From assembly GCA_964016885.1 (NCBI GenBank), contig OZ024740.1, positions 331,638,001 through 331,702,000 of the forward strand: DNA of 64,000 nt. The letters are read 5' to 3'. The notes beneath the pieces were generated by a model. The model was not told where the DNA came from, searched no databases, and saw only the letters and a program-made list of their open reading frames with translations. This stretch comes from Eledone cirrhosa (taxonomy: Eukaryota). Each line of letters begins with the position of its first letter. The first letter of the stretch is position 1. A program made the position numbers and the translations under genes. Below are positions 39,846 to 55,694 of this stretch, piece by piece.

Positions 39846-42143
39846 AGTGTCAACAGCAGTAACTGCTGCATAATATCAGTTATGGTAAATGCACTTTAAT
39901 GTGAGTCGTATTACAGCATTGTAATCCATTAACTAATAAGTATTGGTAACTATTTTTTTTTTCTGGAAATGTCACTATACTTGCAGCTAACAATTATATT
40001 AATTACAATTCACATCTTTCCTTGCTGTTGGCTAAATTACAATAATGGATTTGTTGATGTTTTAATTTAACTGATCAAGTGAAAACCCATTTTTAGAATA
40101 TTATGGCAATAAAGAAATATTCGGACGATGCAATCGATGAAAATACGGATATCTTTGAGATAATTGTTTTGTTTGTTGTTGTTATTTCTTTTTTTTTTTT
40201 TTTTTTTCAGGCACATTAGATATCAAGTGATAAGCCATCAAATTTTCTTGCGATGTCTCTTGTAATGTATATGACGGGTCCTACTAATCTGGGTCATTGT
40301 CTAAATAGAAATAGGATATTATAGATGATATTGCTTTTTATTGATTTCTATGCAATTGCGAAAGTCAACACCTTATTATTTTAACGCATTCACCTGCGAA
40401 TGCTATTTTTCCTATTATTCCACAAGGGAGACGATCGAGTAGAACATTTTACCTTAAGAAGGGACAAGCGGAGTGGAAGATTTAGGGTTTGTAAAAATAC
40501 ACGTTATGCGATTAGCAGCCTTCAGAAAGGGGAAACAATGAAGGTTGTTCGACAAAACAACGTCCAGAGAAATGTATAACTTCCGCTTTTGACATGAGAT
40601 TAGCACGGAAATATGAAATCCACAAGTCACAACTACTCTCTTCTATATACGCCTGCCTATCTCTATGGTGCTATGCGTGTGAATCCATATAGATTTTCAA
40701 GTAGACACACTGTATCCATACCCTCATGTTTACTTATGTAAGCTGCATGAGTATGTTTACATATGTTTACTCATGTTTACTTATGTAAACTGCGTTAGTA
40801 TATTCTAAGTAACCAGACGTGTGTTTCGATAGAGTGAAACTCTGAGTAGGAAAAATCAAAACTTTCTGCTTCTCTTAAACAATGTGCATGTGTATGTGCA
40901 TATGTGTCTCTTTCTATAGGTATATATATATATTGTCATCGAGATATAAAGGAAGAGTTTAAGACTCGTGATAATGTGTTTTTTTCTGTCTTTCTTAGAA
41001 GGTAGTTTGGATTGGTTAAAAATGTCTCTTTAAAAAAAAAATCAATCGTTTTTTTCTTTATTTTCATATAAATGCATTTGACATTTCCTTTATCTTTTTC
41101 ATTTCAATGCGGTGATTTGAAATTTTCTCATTCCAAATGTATAAAATTTCTAAATAACTTAATGATTTCATGTCTATAAAACAACTTTAACATCATTATC
41201 TTATCGCAATTCTATTTCTTTTACGTACATCAAATAAAGAAAACATAGAAATACAATGAAACTGGCATTTTTCGTCCATTTCTTTTACATTTGTTTGATC
41301 TAATTCCTAAAGTAATTACCTCTAGTGCTTTTACATTAATGGGCTATGTGAAAGATTCACTCAAATATTTTGTCTGAAGGCTAACATAGAAAGTTTGAAG
41401 ACAGAATAACGTCAATGTATTCCAACATATTGCATTATTTCAAATTCTCGGTCGATTTTCAAAAGAACTATTATGTATACAGGATTTTCCTCGCTATAGT
41501 TTTTAAAGATGCATATTATAATCGTTATCTACATATATAAAATATTACCAATTCTCATATATTTTTCAATATTTTCATATCCTGTGAAGTTGTTTGACCA
41601 TGTTTTGATTTAATGCAATCTTCAGAACCAATTTGAATGGTATTGCTTCGTTTCCTTCAAAATATTTTTTCTCCTAAAGATTTTAATACTTGATAAAATA
41701 TAATTGTGTAATGACGGAAACGTTCAGAATTTTAAAGCTATTCATGCGTATACCATGAAAGAAGATTTTAATACATCAGTAAAACGAAAAGAATAATAAA
41801 TTATACATTCCCACCATATACCTGTAAACACTTTATGTTATTGCAGTGATCTACATAGCAGAGGACTGTTGTTACCTAATGGACAAATTTCTAATTTCGA
41901 AATTGTTTGCATGATTGCATTAGTTCTGCTCATGTCTGGAAGAAGAATTGGCAACCTACATTTGAATGTAGAATATTCTCCTCTGTATTCGTAAAAATAT
42001 CTAACCTGGCCCTGGTTTGCTGTCATGCATGATTAATAGATTAAATACTAAGATTTAAATTGGGTTTAGATGTAATATGTGATACTCATACATCTCAGTT
42101 AGATTATTTGATTTTATGCAGAAAGAGGATTGCCTAACTAGCC

Positions 42144-42332
<189 letters not shown>

Positions 42333-42345
42333 TATATATATGTAT

Positions 42346-42439
<94 letters not shown>

Positions 42440-42464
42440 GTAATAAACAACATAAGGTAATTAT

Positions 42465-42522
42465 TCCATTTACCAGTGGTTTCTTAAAAGCAAAAGATTT
42501 TGCTTTCAATCCTCAGAATGAA
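42465..42522 (-). ncRNA. Minimal hammerhead ribozyme
   Basis: TTCATT CTGAGGA TTGAAAGCAAAA TC TTTTGCTTTTAA GAAA CCACTGG TA AATGGA; GUA triplet. Confidence 0.8.
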
Positions 42523-42667
42523 AAAATCCTAGTCTGTTTATTGATTTTGGATTTTAAAAACGAAAATGCAATCTATATGAAAGTGAGGCTGGAGAAGGAA
42601 GAAGGAAAGGAAAAATAAAATAAAACTACACATGCAAACACACACACAAAAACACAAAAGCATACAT

Positions 42668-42740
<73 letters not shown>

Positions 42741-42999
42741 TATACATATACATACACTCATACATACACACACACACACATATATATACACACATATATA
42801 TACACACATATATACACACAAATATATACACACAAACACACATATATACACACAAACACATACATATACACATATATACATACGCACATAAATATCAACA
42901 CATCCATACATACACATACATATATACAACCACACACACATATATACACAGATACATACACATAGAAACATAAATATAAATACATATACATACACACAT

Positions 43000-43042
<43 letters not shown>

Positions 43043-43620
43043 TATATATATATATGTGTACAAGCATACACATACACAAACATAGCCATACACACATACA
43101 TATACATACATACATGCATGTACACAATCATACATATATACACACGTACATACATACACATACATAAATGCACTCCTCTACATATTCACACACGCAAATA
43201 AATATAAGAAAAAATATATATATATAAAAAAGATTTTGACAGCGATACAGAAGGCAGGTAACTGGACAGACACGCGTGGTAAGTAATACACACAAATGCA
43301 CGTATACATACGTACGAAATAGTAAATACATACACACACTCTCACACATATACAAATACATAAACACATACATACATACACATACACAAATACATGCACA
43401 AACACGCACACGCACACGTATACAATTATACACACACATATACATACACATATGTATATGTAATTATATACAAACACATATATATATATATACATAAATA
43501 TAAAAATACACACATACACATATATGTATACATACACACATACATATACATACATAGCTATACAATTATACACATACAAATACGTACAAATCATAAACAC
43601 GCACAACCAAATACAAACAC

Positions 43621-43673
<53 letters not shown>

Positions 43674-43791
43674 CATACACATATACATGTGTGTGTGTGT
43701 AAAACTCAGTCTTAGATAATTCATATGAACCTTACATATACATATATATAGTAGTAAAGTAATAAAGTAATAAGCAACATAAGGCAATTAT

Positions 43792-43849
43792 TCCATTCAC
43801 CAGTGGTTTCTTAAAAGCAAAAAATTTTTCCTTCAATCTTCAGAATGAA
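43792..43849 (-). ncRNA. Second copy of the 42465 HHR, cleavage triplet mutated to GUG
   Basis: TTCATT CTGAAGA TTGAAG...CTTTTAA GAAA CCACTGG TG AATGGA. Confidence 0.65.
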
Positions 43850-43888
43850 AAAAACCTGGTCTATCTACATATACATACATATACACAC

Positions 43889-44061
<173 letters not shown>

Positions 44062-44240
44062 AATATACATACACATAGGTATGTGAAGGGCAAGGCAAAA
44101 AGAATATATGGGGGGGGGGGGCATAGGAAAAGGTGAAATATAAGGGGAGGTAAGGGTGAAAAAAAATATATATACAAGAGTACAGAACGTAGATTCAGCA
44201 AAATAAAAACCGTAGCAGAAGTAAAGAGCAGAAAAGGAGT

Positions 44241-44800
44241 TCAAGGCGGTTGATTTATCACAGGAGTGTCAATCCAGTTACAGATCAGGTGCGATTTCAG
44301 ATGAGGACAGCATCTGAAGATCTCAGTCTTTGAGTTAAGGCAAGCGGAAGTGGCTCTCAAGTTTAGCAAAATCCTATACTTTTCTGTGGTACACAAAGAC
44401 CAATTCTTTGTGCCCCTTTGGTACTCCCTCGAATGGTCTAATATAGACCAATCAATAGAGTACGGGATGTTACTATCCTTGAGTTCCCACACCTTACTTG
44501 CGAGGGCCGTTGATGTTCGTTTATCGGAGTGCTTAAAAGAAGCGACATGTGAGTAAAATCTGGTTTTTAACCTGTCCCGTGTCATACCGACATGTCGCTC
44601 ACTCCTGGCTGGCTGGTTGATGATTACCGGTGTTATCTTAGCCTCATAAACAACAGATTTGGTGTTACATTTACCCTGCAATGGGCATTCATCTGGCTTC
44701 CTACAACTGCATCCTGGATTTATTCTCGTAGGTTTGAACTGGTGATTTTGGACTTCATAGATGGGCAACAAGAGTAGCTGATCTTAACTACGTTTCGATT
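44241..44800 (-). pseudogene. Hydra-clade-like PLE 3' fragment: Cys linker plus GIY-YIG endonuclease
   Basis: CSCRKPDECPLQGKC, VVYEA...HVGMT...KTRF..H, WSLC..EK..I, LN...EI...CPH; pyrimidine-rich 3' UTR follows. Confidence 0.88.
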
Positions 44801-47800
44801 GTATATATATATATATTTATATATATACAATCAGCATAAAGTTACACGTTTAGGCTTAGTTTTTTGTTGAGTGATACATATATCTTGCACTCGTGTTTCT
44901 GTTATGCAGATTAATGCCAAAAGATCTGCAGTCAGTTTCATATTTTGAATTGATAAGTTTGTAAATAAAACAGACGATCCCCTCCAATAACATGTTGCTA
45001 ACGATTAAAAATCAGTTTATAATATATCCGTATTTGATATTCACCCTAAAAGTATATGACGTAAACGTTCCAATTAACTTTACTCTCAGATATAAGAATA
45101 TACACATATTGTGAATGAATTTAAAAGTAAAAGTACCCACCTAGTAAGATTTCAATAGCCTCTGCCCATAATACATAATGTATTCACTGTAGAGGGGAGA
45201 TGTTGAAGAACATTTCGCATGCGTAGGTTTATGTCTATTAAAACATTCATTGAAGAATACAAGTAAATCTAAAAGATAATACATACGCAATAGTTAATTT
45301 ACCAATGGCAGAGAACAGAATGAGACGTATAAACCATATGCCCATCTTGTCCGTTAAACATCTTCACTTTGTCCCGAAAGTAAATGGAAATTTTGCTCCG
45401 ATATTCAAATATCTTCTACTCAGTTTCGGATTTTACATCATAAATTATTTTATATAATGTGCTGTTTTATTGTCCTATTATCTTACATCAATTACTTTCT
45501 GAAAATGTCTGAGTTATATCTATCTTTAATGAGAAGGTAGTATTTTTCTGTGAAGAAGTAAAGACAAAAAGACGCCAAAAGTAAGAACAGTGTTTGAAAG
45601 ACATTGAAAGATAAAATGCGGATTTCCATATTCTGACGTGTTTCCATTTATTTTATCACCTTACAGTTCAATGGGAAAATGGTGATTTTTGTGTGTGTCC
45701 GTTTAGAAATTCTTCATTACCTTTGACAATGACGTTAATGAATTGCAGTTGAAAAAGTTTGGGAAAATTTGTTTAAGTTTCGTAGTACCTCAACAGATAT
45801 TTATGTTTTCCACTCGCTAAAGACTACCGCACGCACTCTATCAAGTGTTTATGAAAAACATAAAACAACTGATTAACAATTTTCAAGATATATAATTAGT
45901 ATTAAACACAGGAAAAATATTATATGAAGATTAGAATATTCCAGAACATCTGCGCAATATATAAATATATATCTAAGATGACTCGCATTTATATTTTGGT
46001 TAATGTTAGTGCAATTGTTTCTCTTTATTATGATTTCCCCACGTGGTACAACATATTAAAAGTATATGTTGTAAAACATTACTGTTGAAAACGTTCTAAT
46101 CATCGTAAGAATTGTGGTAACTGTGATAGAGTGTTTACAATACTTGATTAAAAACTCGCATCGAACAGTTTCATATTTTTTTCTGAAACCAGTAGATCTC
46201 TATCCGATAGATTATGTTTATACTAAATTAATCTTTGTAACATTGATCTTCACCGAAATAGAGATGTGTGGATAGATGGGCCTGGTTAATAACAAAATGT
46301 TTGAAATGCTGTATTCATATATTGAAAAGCCCCCACATATAAATGATTGCGCTTTACTGACGCCAAAATATAATAAGTTGGACAGTTGCATTCATAATGA
46401 TACACTCTATCTGGCAAAGTGCCGAGTTATGCATGGTTACAATTCCATTGTTTATAGCTTTTCTTGATCAGTGCTAATCTGGGGTTAAATGTTAAAACAT
46501 GACTGATTTTCGATTTATAACATCTATAAAGGCAACTCAAGTATTTCAGTTTCCAGGGTGTCAATCACAAACCATCTCACATAAATCAGTAGGTAGACTA
46601 TAGACTTCGTCAGGTATTTTTCTATGGTCTTGAAAAGTTTGTGCTAAGTATGTGGTTTGTATATGTGTTAAATCAATGAGTCCAAATACTGTCCAAATGA
46701 GGCGCGCAATGTCTGTTTTACTTACCGGAGGTCACATAGAACATATATTTTGAGTAATAAGATTTATTTATGACTGCGTGAAATATGTCATGTGTAATGT
46801 CTGTTAAACCAATTATAAATCTTGGGTGACATATATAATACATGATCTATGAGATGTTCGGTTTGGATATATTTTATTATTTCAAGCCAGTAATCAAATA
46901 ACATACATTCCTATCGACTGGGGAAAGTCAACATCGACTGCAGCAGTACCGCGCAGCCGGTTTTCCACATCATGGAAGGATAGAATTCATTTCGAGTTCA
47001 TTTCAGAAATATTGTGTTTGGCGAAACTAGTGATAGTTTTGGCAGAAACTATTTCATCAAATACACATTTTATTAATTCGTAATATAAATAATAGTCCCT
47101 CAAACCTCTAGAAAATAGAGGTTACCTATGAATTCAAATCACATCACATGTTTAAGAAACTCTCATCACACCAAATACTATAAGCATAGAATCATTATCA
47201 ATGGAGAAAATTGTGACGAGCATAACTGAAATATATCTGATCATATCTGGTCTTTGGTAAATAATATTAACGAGACCCAATGACGGCCAAATGCAGTAGC
47301 ATACAAGAAAAGAAAATTATACAACAACAAGGTGATGACTTCTGAAACCTGGAATAAATTATGGAAGTATTGAGCTGCTAATATGACACTTTTTAAAGAC
47401 AAAACACCCAACGGTATTAAATTAATTCTAAGAAAACCGGATGATGATGATTTTACAACGAATAAATTGTATCTAATTGTTTCATCAATCCATATTTCAA
47501 TCATTTTATTGGTTTTAGAAATGAATATTCATATTGAGTTAACCACTTGTAAACAGTTTTCTTCTTTAAGGAATCTAGGAATATATCTGTAAAAGTACAA
47601 ATATGTGGTCTCATTTAAATATCAATATGAATTTTTTGTAGGAGTATTTTTGAAGCAAATAATTTTAATTGTGGGATCTAATCAAATAAATATTTCATTC
47701 TAAGACTATACCACATGGAATTGAAATGTTATCCAGGAGGAATAAACGTTCAAACGAAAGAAGTACAATAATTGTATTCCTTAGAAAATAAACTTGATAA

Positions 47801-48108
47801 CATTTCTTGAAAAGAATAAATTTCCTGGATAAAATTAATATTAATTGTATAAACAGAAGTAAGATTCATTTCATCTGTGCAATAACGCATCGTATTATGA
47901 TTTAGAATTATTTATAAAAATGTTGGAAACTACTGTTTATTTATTTTTACTTTGAAGGTTCCACTTAACTCTCTTCTACATAACAATATGCAATTTCGTC
48001 CCCCTGGGGAGTGTGGAGTATTGTGTATTCATATTTTTGTGAAGGTATGATTACCATTGACTACTTACACATAAAATACTTCTGATTACCATTATGAATT
48101 TCTCATCG

Positions 48109-49085
48109 GGCGGTGGATTGGCAGTATCGATAGAGAGTAGGACGCCATGCTTTCCAGCATAGTTACGTTCCTTTACGGTCTGAGTTCAAATCCCGTCGAG
48201 GTTAACTGTGCCTTTCATCCTTACGGGGTCGATAAAATAAAGTACCAGTAATGTACTGGGTAATTGCTGGCCTTGTGCCAAAAGTAGAAACAATTATGAA
48301 TTTCTCATCGTATTAGATTGGAGGAAAGGTTTTTATGGATATGGATGAGTTATTAGAGTTATTAGAGTTATTAGTTAGTGTTGTTAGTTAGAGTAATTAG
48401 AGATATTAGAGCGTCCGTGTAAATAATTCAGGCCCTTTGCGTTCAATGGACAATTTTAAAATTCATACTGTTGTTATGAATATTGGCAAAAAAGGCGGTG
48501 GATTGGCAGCATCGGTAGAGGGTCGGGCGCAATACTTTGCAACATAGATTTACGGCTCTTTATAATCTGAGTTCAAATCCCGCCGAGGTTTACTTTGCCT
48601 CTCATCCTTACGGGGTCGATAAAATAAAGTACCAGTCACGTACTGGGGTCAATTTAATCGACTTTCGCCTCCCCCAAAATTGCTGACCTTGTACCTATAG
48701 AAGAAACCATTATTAATATTGGCAATATTGGTAAAGCTTCGGACAACATACTTTGTGGTAGGATAGAGTTACGCCCCTTTATGAGTTGAATTCCCGCCGA
48801 GGGTGGCTTTGCCTTTCGTTGTTAGCGGGTTGATAATATAAAGTACAGTAACACACTGGAGTCTATTTAATAGGCTTTGAATTAACCCGAAATGGTTGGC
48901 CTTGTGCATAAATCAGAAACCATTATTATTGGTAGTATCGGTAGAATGTCGGACATGCTTTGCAACATATAGTTATCTCCCTTAACGTACTGAATTCAGA
49001 TCCCACCGAGGTTAGCTTTACTTTTCATCCTTACGGGGTTGATAAAATAATTGTTGGCCTTGTGCTTAAATCAGAAACCATTATT
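48109..49085 (+). mobile_element. Cluster of four family A SINEs
   Basis: Copies at 48109-48292 (18-bp TSD ATTATGAATTTCTCATCG), ~48494-48710, ~48720-48925, ~48930-49083; A box TGGCAGTATCG, B box GAGTTCAAATCC. Confidence 0.88.
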
Positions 49086-49148
49086 GTTATTATTAATTGA
49101 AGTAGCACAGTAGTAGTAGAAGTAGCAGCAGCCACGTCAGTAGTGGTC

Positions 49149-49184
<36 letters not shown>

Positions 49185-51434
49185 TATCTCAAATGTAACA
49201 TTGTTACATTTCTTATCTATTTATTCAATATCATTTCGATATGTTTTAGAGCGATAGAGACATGAAATATGAAGAGTTAAAGGATTTATAATGACGATGT
49301 TGGAAAACAAGTATTGTTAGTTCAGAAAAAGATCAGTTTACGTGACATTTTATGTTTTAATTTATGTGAAACAAAAACAGAGTTTCATTAATAACTAGAG
49401 GCAAATTGAAGATTAGATTGGAAATATGAAACAAATGAAAGTTCAAGAAGTATGTAGTTGTTGGTTTCAGATGTTAAGGAAAATATTAATAGTAGATTCT
49501 AATGTTGAGTTATATTGGTGACCGGATTTGTCATAAAAACGAATGTATATAATTGAATTATTGGGAAAACTTAGTTATAATTTCAATTGTGTTAGATTTA
49601 TATACCATATATTTACTGTGTCAATATATGAGATTACTGCATGCTTTGAATCATCTTGTGCCATAAGTAGTTATATCATTCCAAGCATATACAAAATGAC
49701 CTTTACAGTTTCTGAAGCACGCAAAATACATTTGGAAAAAATCTCATTGAGTGTTTAATTCTATCAAAGGTTTAATAATATATTTAATCTTTGTCATTTT
49801 CTCAGTACACTCCTGTTCTGAAAAATACGATTTAATTTAATTTGCTTTACTATTCAAAAGGCACGATGAAGATTAATATTTGATAAAAATTAGTAAAGTA
49901 ATAATTTAGTACATAATTTACCAAAACGAACATATTTGCTTACATCTATCTTTCATCCATATACAATTATTTCTTCTACAGGTAATAATGCATTAATAAC
50001 ATACATTAATAACATGCTACAACTTAAAAGTAAAACAGAAATCATTTCCTCTGATAAAATCAGATTTCAATTATAAAATTTATTTATAGCATTTCAACAC
50101 TGGAAGGAGTTTTACACCATCCAAGAAATATAAATTATTATTTTGAATGGCAACGTATTTGGATTAGCCTTTTAATTTATGAATGGGTATTGTTATTTTG
50201 CCATAACTATATACATATTTGTGTCTGCATATTTTGTAAGTTTCCATTAAATCAAAGCTTATATGCACTTAGGAAGATGTTTCCATTAGCTAATTGGCAG
50301 CTGCAGAGAGAACAATAAGATTTGGAAGTTCTATTTATCTCAGTTGTTTGGGTCTTGGATTAATCTCGCACTCTTTCACACGAAGACTTTTTTGGCGTTC
50401 TTCTTTTATTATGAATATTACACATTTTAAAATGTTAAAGCCATTCATGATGAATTGGTTTTATTGTACGTCGCTAACAATAAATGTTCTATAGTAACGC
50501 TTTACATGGTAAAAGTCACAGAGTACGAATTATGTACGTGTGATCCCTCTCTTATTGATTTCAATTCTCACATGCTGCAAGTTCATACAGGTATGTCATT
50601 TATAGCCAATCTAAACCGTATTGTATTGCTGAATATTTTATAGGGATATTTTATAGGCGTATAATATGTTTGATCCAAGTAGATTTCAGTGACTATTTGG
50701 ATTTGTTCATCTTTAGAACATAGTATAGTTCAGAAAGCATTAAAAGTACAAATATCTCATTGTCCAAGCGCTCATGCTAAATCTTTGGAGATTTGCGGCT
50801 TTACAAATGCAATCAGTGCAAAAGTAAATGGGTACAAGTGATATTCCATTTGAAATTATAAGATTAGTCAACATTCATACTATATTCATTAAACGAAGAA
50901 GGTTTTTATAAGAGAAACAGGGCTTGACATTTATTAAGCAAAATAAGGATTTCGTGTATGGTGAATACTATGGTGAATACTATTAATGATGTTTTGAAAG
51001 AGTTGAACAGTACAAATCGGAGAAGAATTCGAGTAGCAGTTTCGGATTTCTATAAACTATGTTCAAATCGCTCCTGTTTAAACCTTAACTTCCCTTCCAT
51101 TGAGATCGAAAAAAAGCTGGTCAATATATTGACATTGATTCGATCGATTACAAACCACCTCTACAAATTATCACCTTGTGGTAATATAAGAAATCATTAT
51201 TATTGGAAATAAACAACACCGTTTCTCTAGCTAATATTCACAATATTTACTATTGATTCTAACACAGTTCTCAACGCCAACCATATTATATCTACTGCTA
51301 CTACAGCTAATACAGGAATACGTAAAACTACTAATATTCTTGCAGCTATAATCGCCAATTATATTAATGAAATTTAATATTTATGATGAAGATGTTGATG
51401 ATGATAATAATTATTATTATTACTTTAATTGTTG

Positions 51435-51625
51435 GATGGTGGATTGGCAGTATCGGTAGAAGGTCTGACGCCATGCTTTCACGCATAGAGTTACGGCCCT
51501 TGCTATTCTGAGTTCAAATCCCGCCGAGGTTAACTTTGCCTTTCATCCTTACGGGGTCGATAAAATAATGTACCAGTAATGCACTGAGTAATTGCTGACC
51601 TTGTGCCCAAAGTAGAAACAATTAT
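51435..51625 (+). mobile_element. Family A SINE
   Basis: Full A/B boxes, core and (ATT)n tail. Confidence 0.88.
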
Positions 51626-51656
51626 TACTATAATTATTATTATTATTATTATTATT

Positions 51657-52455
51657 GTTCTTTGAGTCTCAGTCATTGATTTTATTTTACTGGAAAGTTT
51701 TTTGTAATGAATATCAAGCCGCTACCTGCAGCCTCAGATATTCAGGACGTATCGGAGGGTTCTTGCTGTTCCCAGCAAGCATGCCTTTTAAAGTGGTCCA
51801 AAAAACGGGGCTGGACTAATCTTCTTTAACCATCATTGGAAACTCTTTGAGTTAGTACCTAGTGCGCCTATGACAATCGGGACGACCTTGATTTCATGGC
51901 AGGTCCAAATCGTTTTTAACTCCCACTTCAAGTCCTGGTATCGATTAATATTCTCCCTCTCCTTTTCTTGTATTCTCGTGTCAAATGGGCAGGCTACATC
52001 TACAACCAGGCACGATCTTTTTCCCTTGTCTAAAACCACCAGGTCAGGCCTATTGTGTTCTAATTTCTTGTCTGCCTGTATCCTAAAATCACATAGCACC
52101 TTCACCTGATCGTTTTCTATCACCGACTCTGGCTTATGCTCATACCACTTCTCAGAATGTGGTAAATTGTTTACTTTGCATAGATGCCAGTGGATCACCC
52201 TGCCTATCACATCATGTCTCCAGCCTTTATAGTGAGTCCCGGCTATGTGTTTACACTCGGATACAATGTGAGCCACAGTCTCCTCTGTCTCTCTCCACAG
52301 ATCCTACACAGTGAGCTAGCCTCCTCCTTGTCAATATTGTGTTTCACCCACTTCATTCTGATGGCTTGCTCTTGCGCAGCCATTAATATTCCTTCTGTAG
52401 CTTTTTTAAGGTCTCCTCTTTTTAACCAGTTCCATGTCTGTTGATCTCTAAATTC
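51657..52455 (-). mobile_element. Dong/R4-clade-like non-LTR element, 5'-truncated (CCHC plus restriction-like endonuclease)
   Basis: TEGILMAAQEQA, CRICG...HIVSEC, RHD, NRPDLVV, VDVACPFD, RYQDL, VVPIVIGALG; 3' end runs into (TAA)n, with (ATT)n also near 52481. Confidence 0.85.
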
Positions 52456-53025
52456 CGTTATCACCAAGTCACAAGTGACCATTATTATTATAACTAACAG
52501 AAAAAAACACCGTTCAGGAGGGTTTCTGTTAGCATGTGTAGTGTGCATATTGATATTATACGCAAATATATATGCATGTAGATATGATATCTCAAATGAA
52601 ATCGTAATTGATAATATGCACAGAAATTGAAGAGAGACTGTGTTACACGCTCTTCTGTAATCAAATAAAGTGATCCATGGTACATTTTAAAAATACGATT
52701 TTATATATAAACTCCGTTACGGCGAAATTTTATGAAAACGAAACAAGGAGAAAAGTAGCGACTGAAATAGAAAACTTATATAAGCGATCTGATGTAACGT
52801 CCATTATGCCTTAACCGGAAATATAGACATTTAACAATTTTAAAAGAATTTAATCTTAAAATAAGCAATAAAGTTATTTATATTTAATCATGGGTTACAA
52901 AATTTAATACATAACTTATATAATATCATTCGTTATTTATTCAAAGTAATCCAATTTATTTTACTAACGAGATCAAAAAATATATTCAGGACATAGTCCC
53001 GCACACCTCCTTTTATTATATTATG

Positions 53026-53086
<61 letters not shown>

Positions 53087-53143
53087 GTATATATATATAT
53101 TGAAAGTATATATATATATGTATATAAACTATATATATATATA

Positions 53144-53923
<780 letters not shown>

Positions 53924-54141
53924 AAGAGAGAGATAGAAAGAGGGAGGGTGAGACAGACAGACAGGATGTTAAAATTCCGACCGCGATGCTAAGCGCTTTC
54001 GAGGCCCCATACTCTGAGTTCTCCCATGACTAGTGGGCTTCCCGGTTTCAGCTCCTCCTACTGACTCTTACTCTCTCACTCTCTCACTCTCTCACTCTCT
54101 TTCTCCCTTTCTGCATTTTCTCTCTCTCTCTCACTCTCTCC

Positions 54142-54189
<48 letters not shown>

Positions 54190-54233
54190 GGATATGGATA
54201 TATATATATATATTTGTAGATATATATATATTA

Positions 54234-54315
<82 letters not shown>

Positions 54316-54344
54316 TATATCTACATATATATATATATCCATAT

Positions 54345-54733
54345 ATGGAGTACGCTGAGAGACTACTGGTACTGGCATTGATAAATATGCTAGGTCCGTC
54401 AACTCCTTATTATATATATATATATATATATACATATATAATAAGGAGTTGACGGACCTCGCATATTTATCAATGCCAGTACCAGTTGTCTCTCAGCGTA
54501 CTCCATGGGCAATGTAAGATACATTCCCAGAGTATACACATAGTTATTTGCATCAACACAACACACATAAAACGGGTGCCTATAATGGTACCCGGGATCG
54601 AGTTACTGCCGCACTAATGCAGCAGTAAGGTGCACTTCACCATCCGTCTGCATATGATATGCAAAATGCACAATCGGCTTATGCGGCTTCATCAGCGGGT
54701 ATCGCCTAATTAATAACCAATCGATCGACAGAA
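54345..54733. repeat. Inverted repeat (~65-bp arms) centred on a (TA)n tract, one arm extending to ~54733
   Basis: 54345-54412 is the reverse complement of 54438-54506. Confidence 0.75.
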
Positions 54734-55031
54734 TATATATATATAATGTATATATGTATATATATATATTTATATATATATATATTATTGATACGGGTTA
54801 TAATGCATAAATATATATATTGATATCCAATGATTTTGTTCTTGTTGCTTCACAATTTGCTCAGCCAATCCCTTTGGAATACACTCATATAATCAATGTT
54901 AAATCAACATTAAGACCCAGTAGTCTCAGCCGTGAATTCAGAGTGGGAGTATTCTGTTAACAACTTAACATAGGAAAACGTTAAACTACTCACAATTTCA
55001 TAGAAACGGCCAATATCCTTCTTGTTTAGCA

Positions 55032-55089
<58 letters not shown>

Positions 55090-55094
<5 letters not shown>

Positions 55095-55629
55095 AAAGGA
55101 TAACAAGGACGATTGGTTACTCCTTCATTACATTTATTGGTAGGTGACGCGCGTTTCGCCACTGCTCAACTCAAGGTTCGATCTGTATCGATCTTACCCA
55201 ACTCAATAATCGGCAGCTCAACGGACCCGCCAGCGACCGTTACCAACATCTTATCCTCACATCCACCCACACATACACTACAGGCGACTACCTCCCTATG
55301 ATCTTTTCCACCAATCAAAACAACTCATATTGTCAAACTTATGAACTTCTGACTTTATCACATAGGATGTATTCATTTTCTTATAGCATTTTAAAGGGTC
55401 CGTCGAGGTGCCGATTATTGAGTCGGGTAAGATCGATACAGATCGAACATTCAGCTGATCAGTGGCGAAACGCGCGTCACCTACCAATAAATGTAATGAA
55501 GGAGTAACCAATCGTCCTTGTTATCCTTTCAATATATTACACTCTGTATAGCTCTACACCTCAACACAGAAGTGAATCTAGACATCGAGTGCTCACCCGG
55601 GTGAATGTGCAATAGCTCAAAGTTGCATT

Positions 55630-55632
<3 letters not shown>
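55090..55632. mobile_element. Fold-back pLTR-like insertion with the 3' half of an HHR
   Basis: Arms 55090-55228 and 55396-55533; GGC GAAA CGCGCG TC at 55464-55478; no matching CTGANGA found. Confidence 0.7.

Positions 55633-55689
<57 letters not shown>

Positions 55690-55694
<5 letters not shown>

Noticed and set aside
39683-39873. Poly-Leu/poly-Val ORFs resembling signal or transmembrane peptides
   Set aside because: Trinucleotide microsatellite translation.
41838-42026. Short unique-sequence ORFs as host exons (also 4805-5143, 5582-5794, 47241-47504, 50958-51212)
   Set aside because: No recognisable domain or consistent splice pattern; cannot be supported without expression or homology data.
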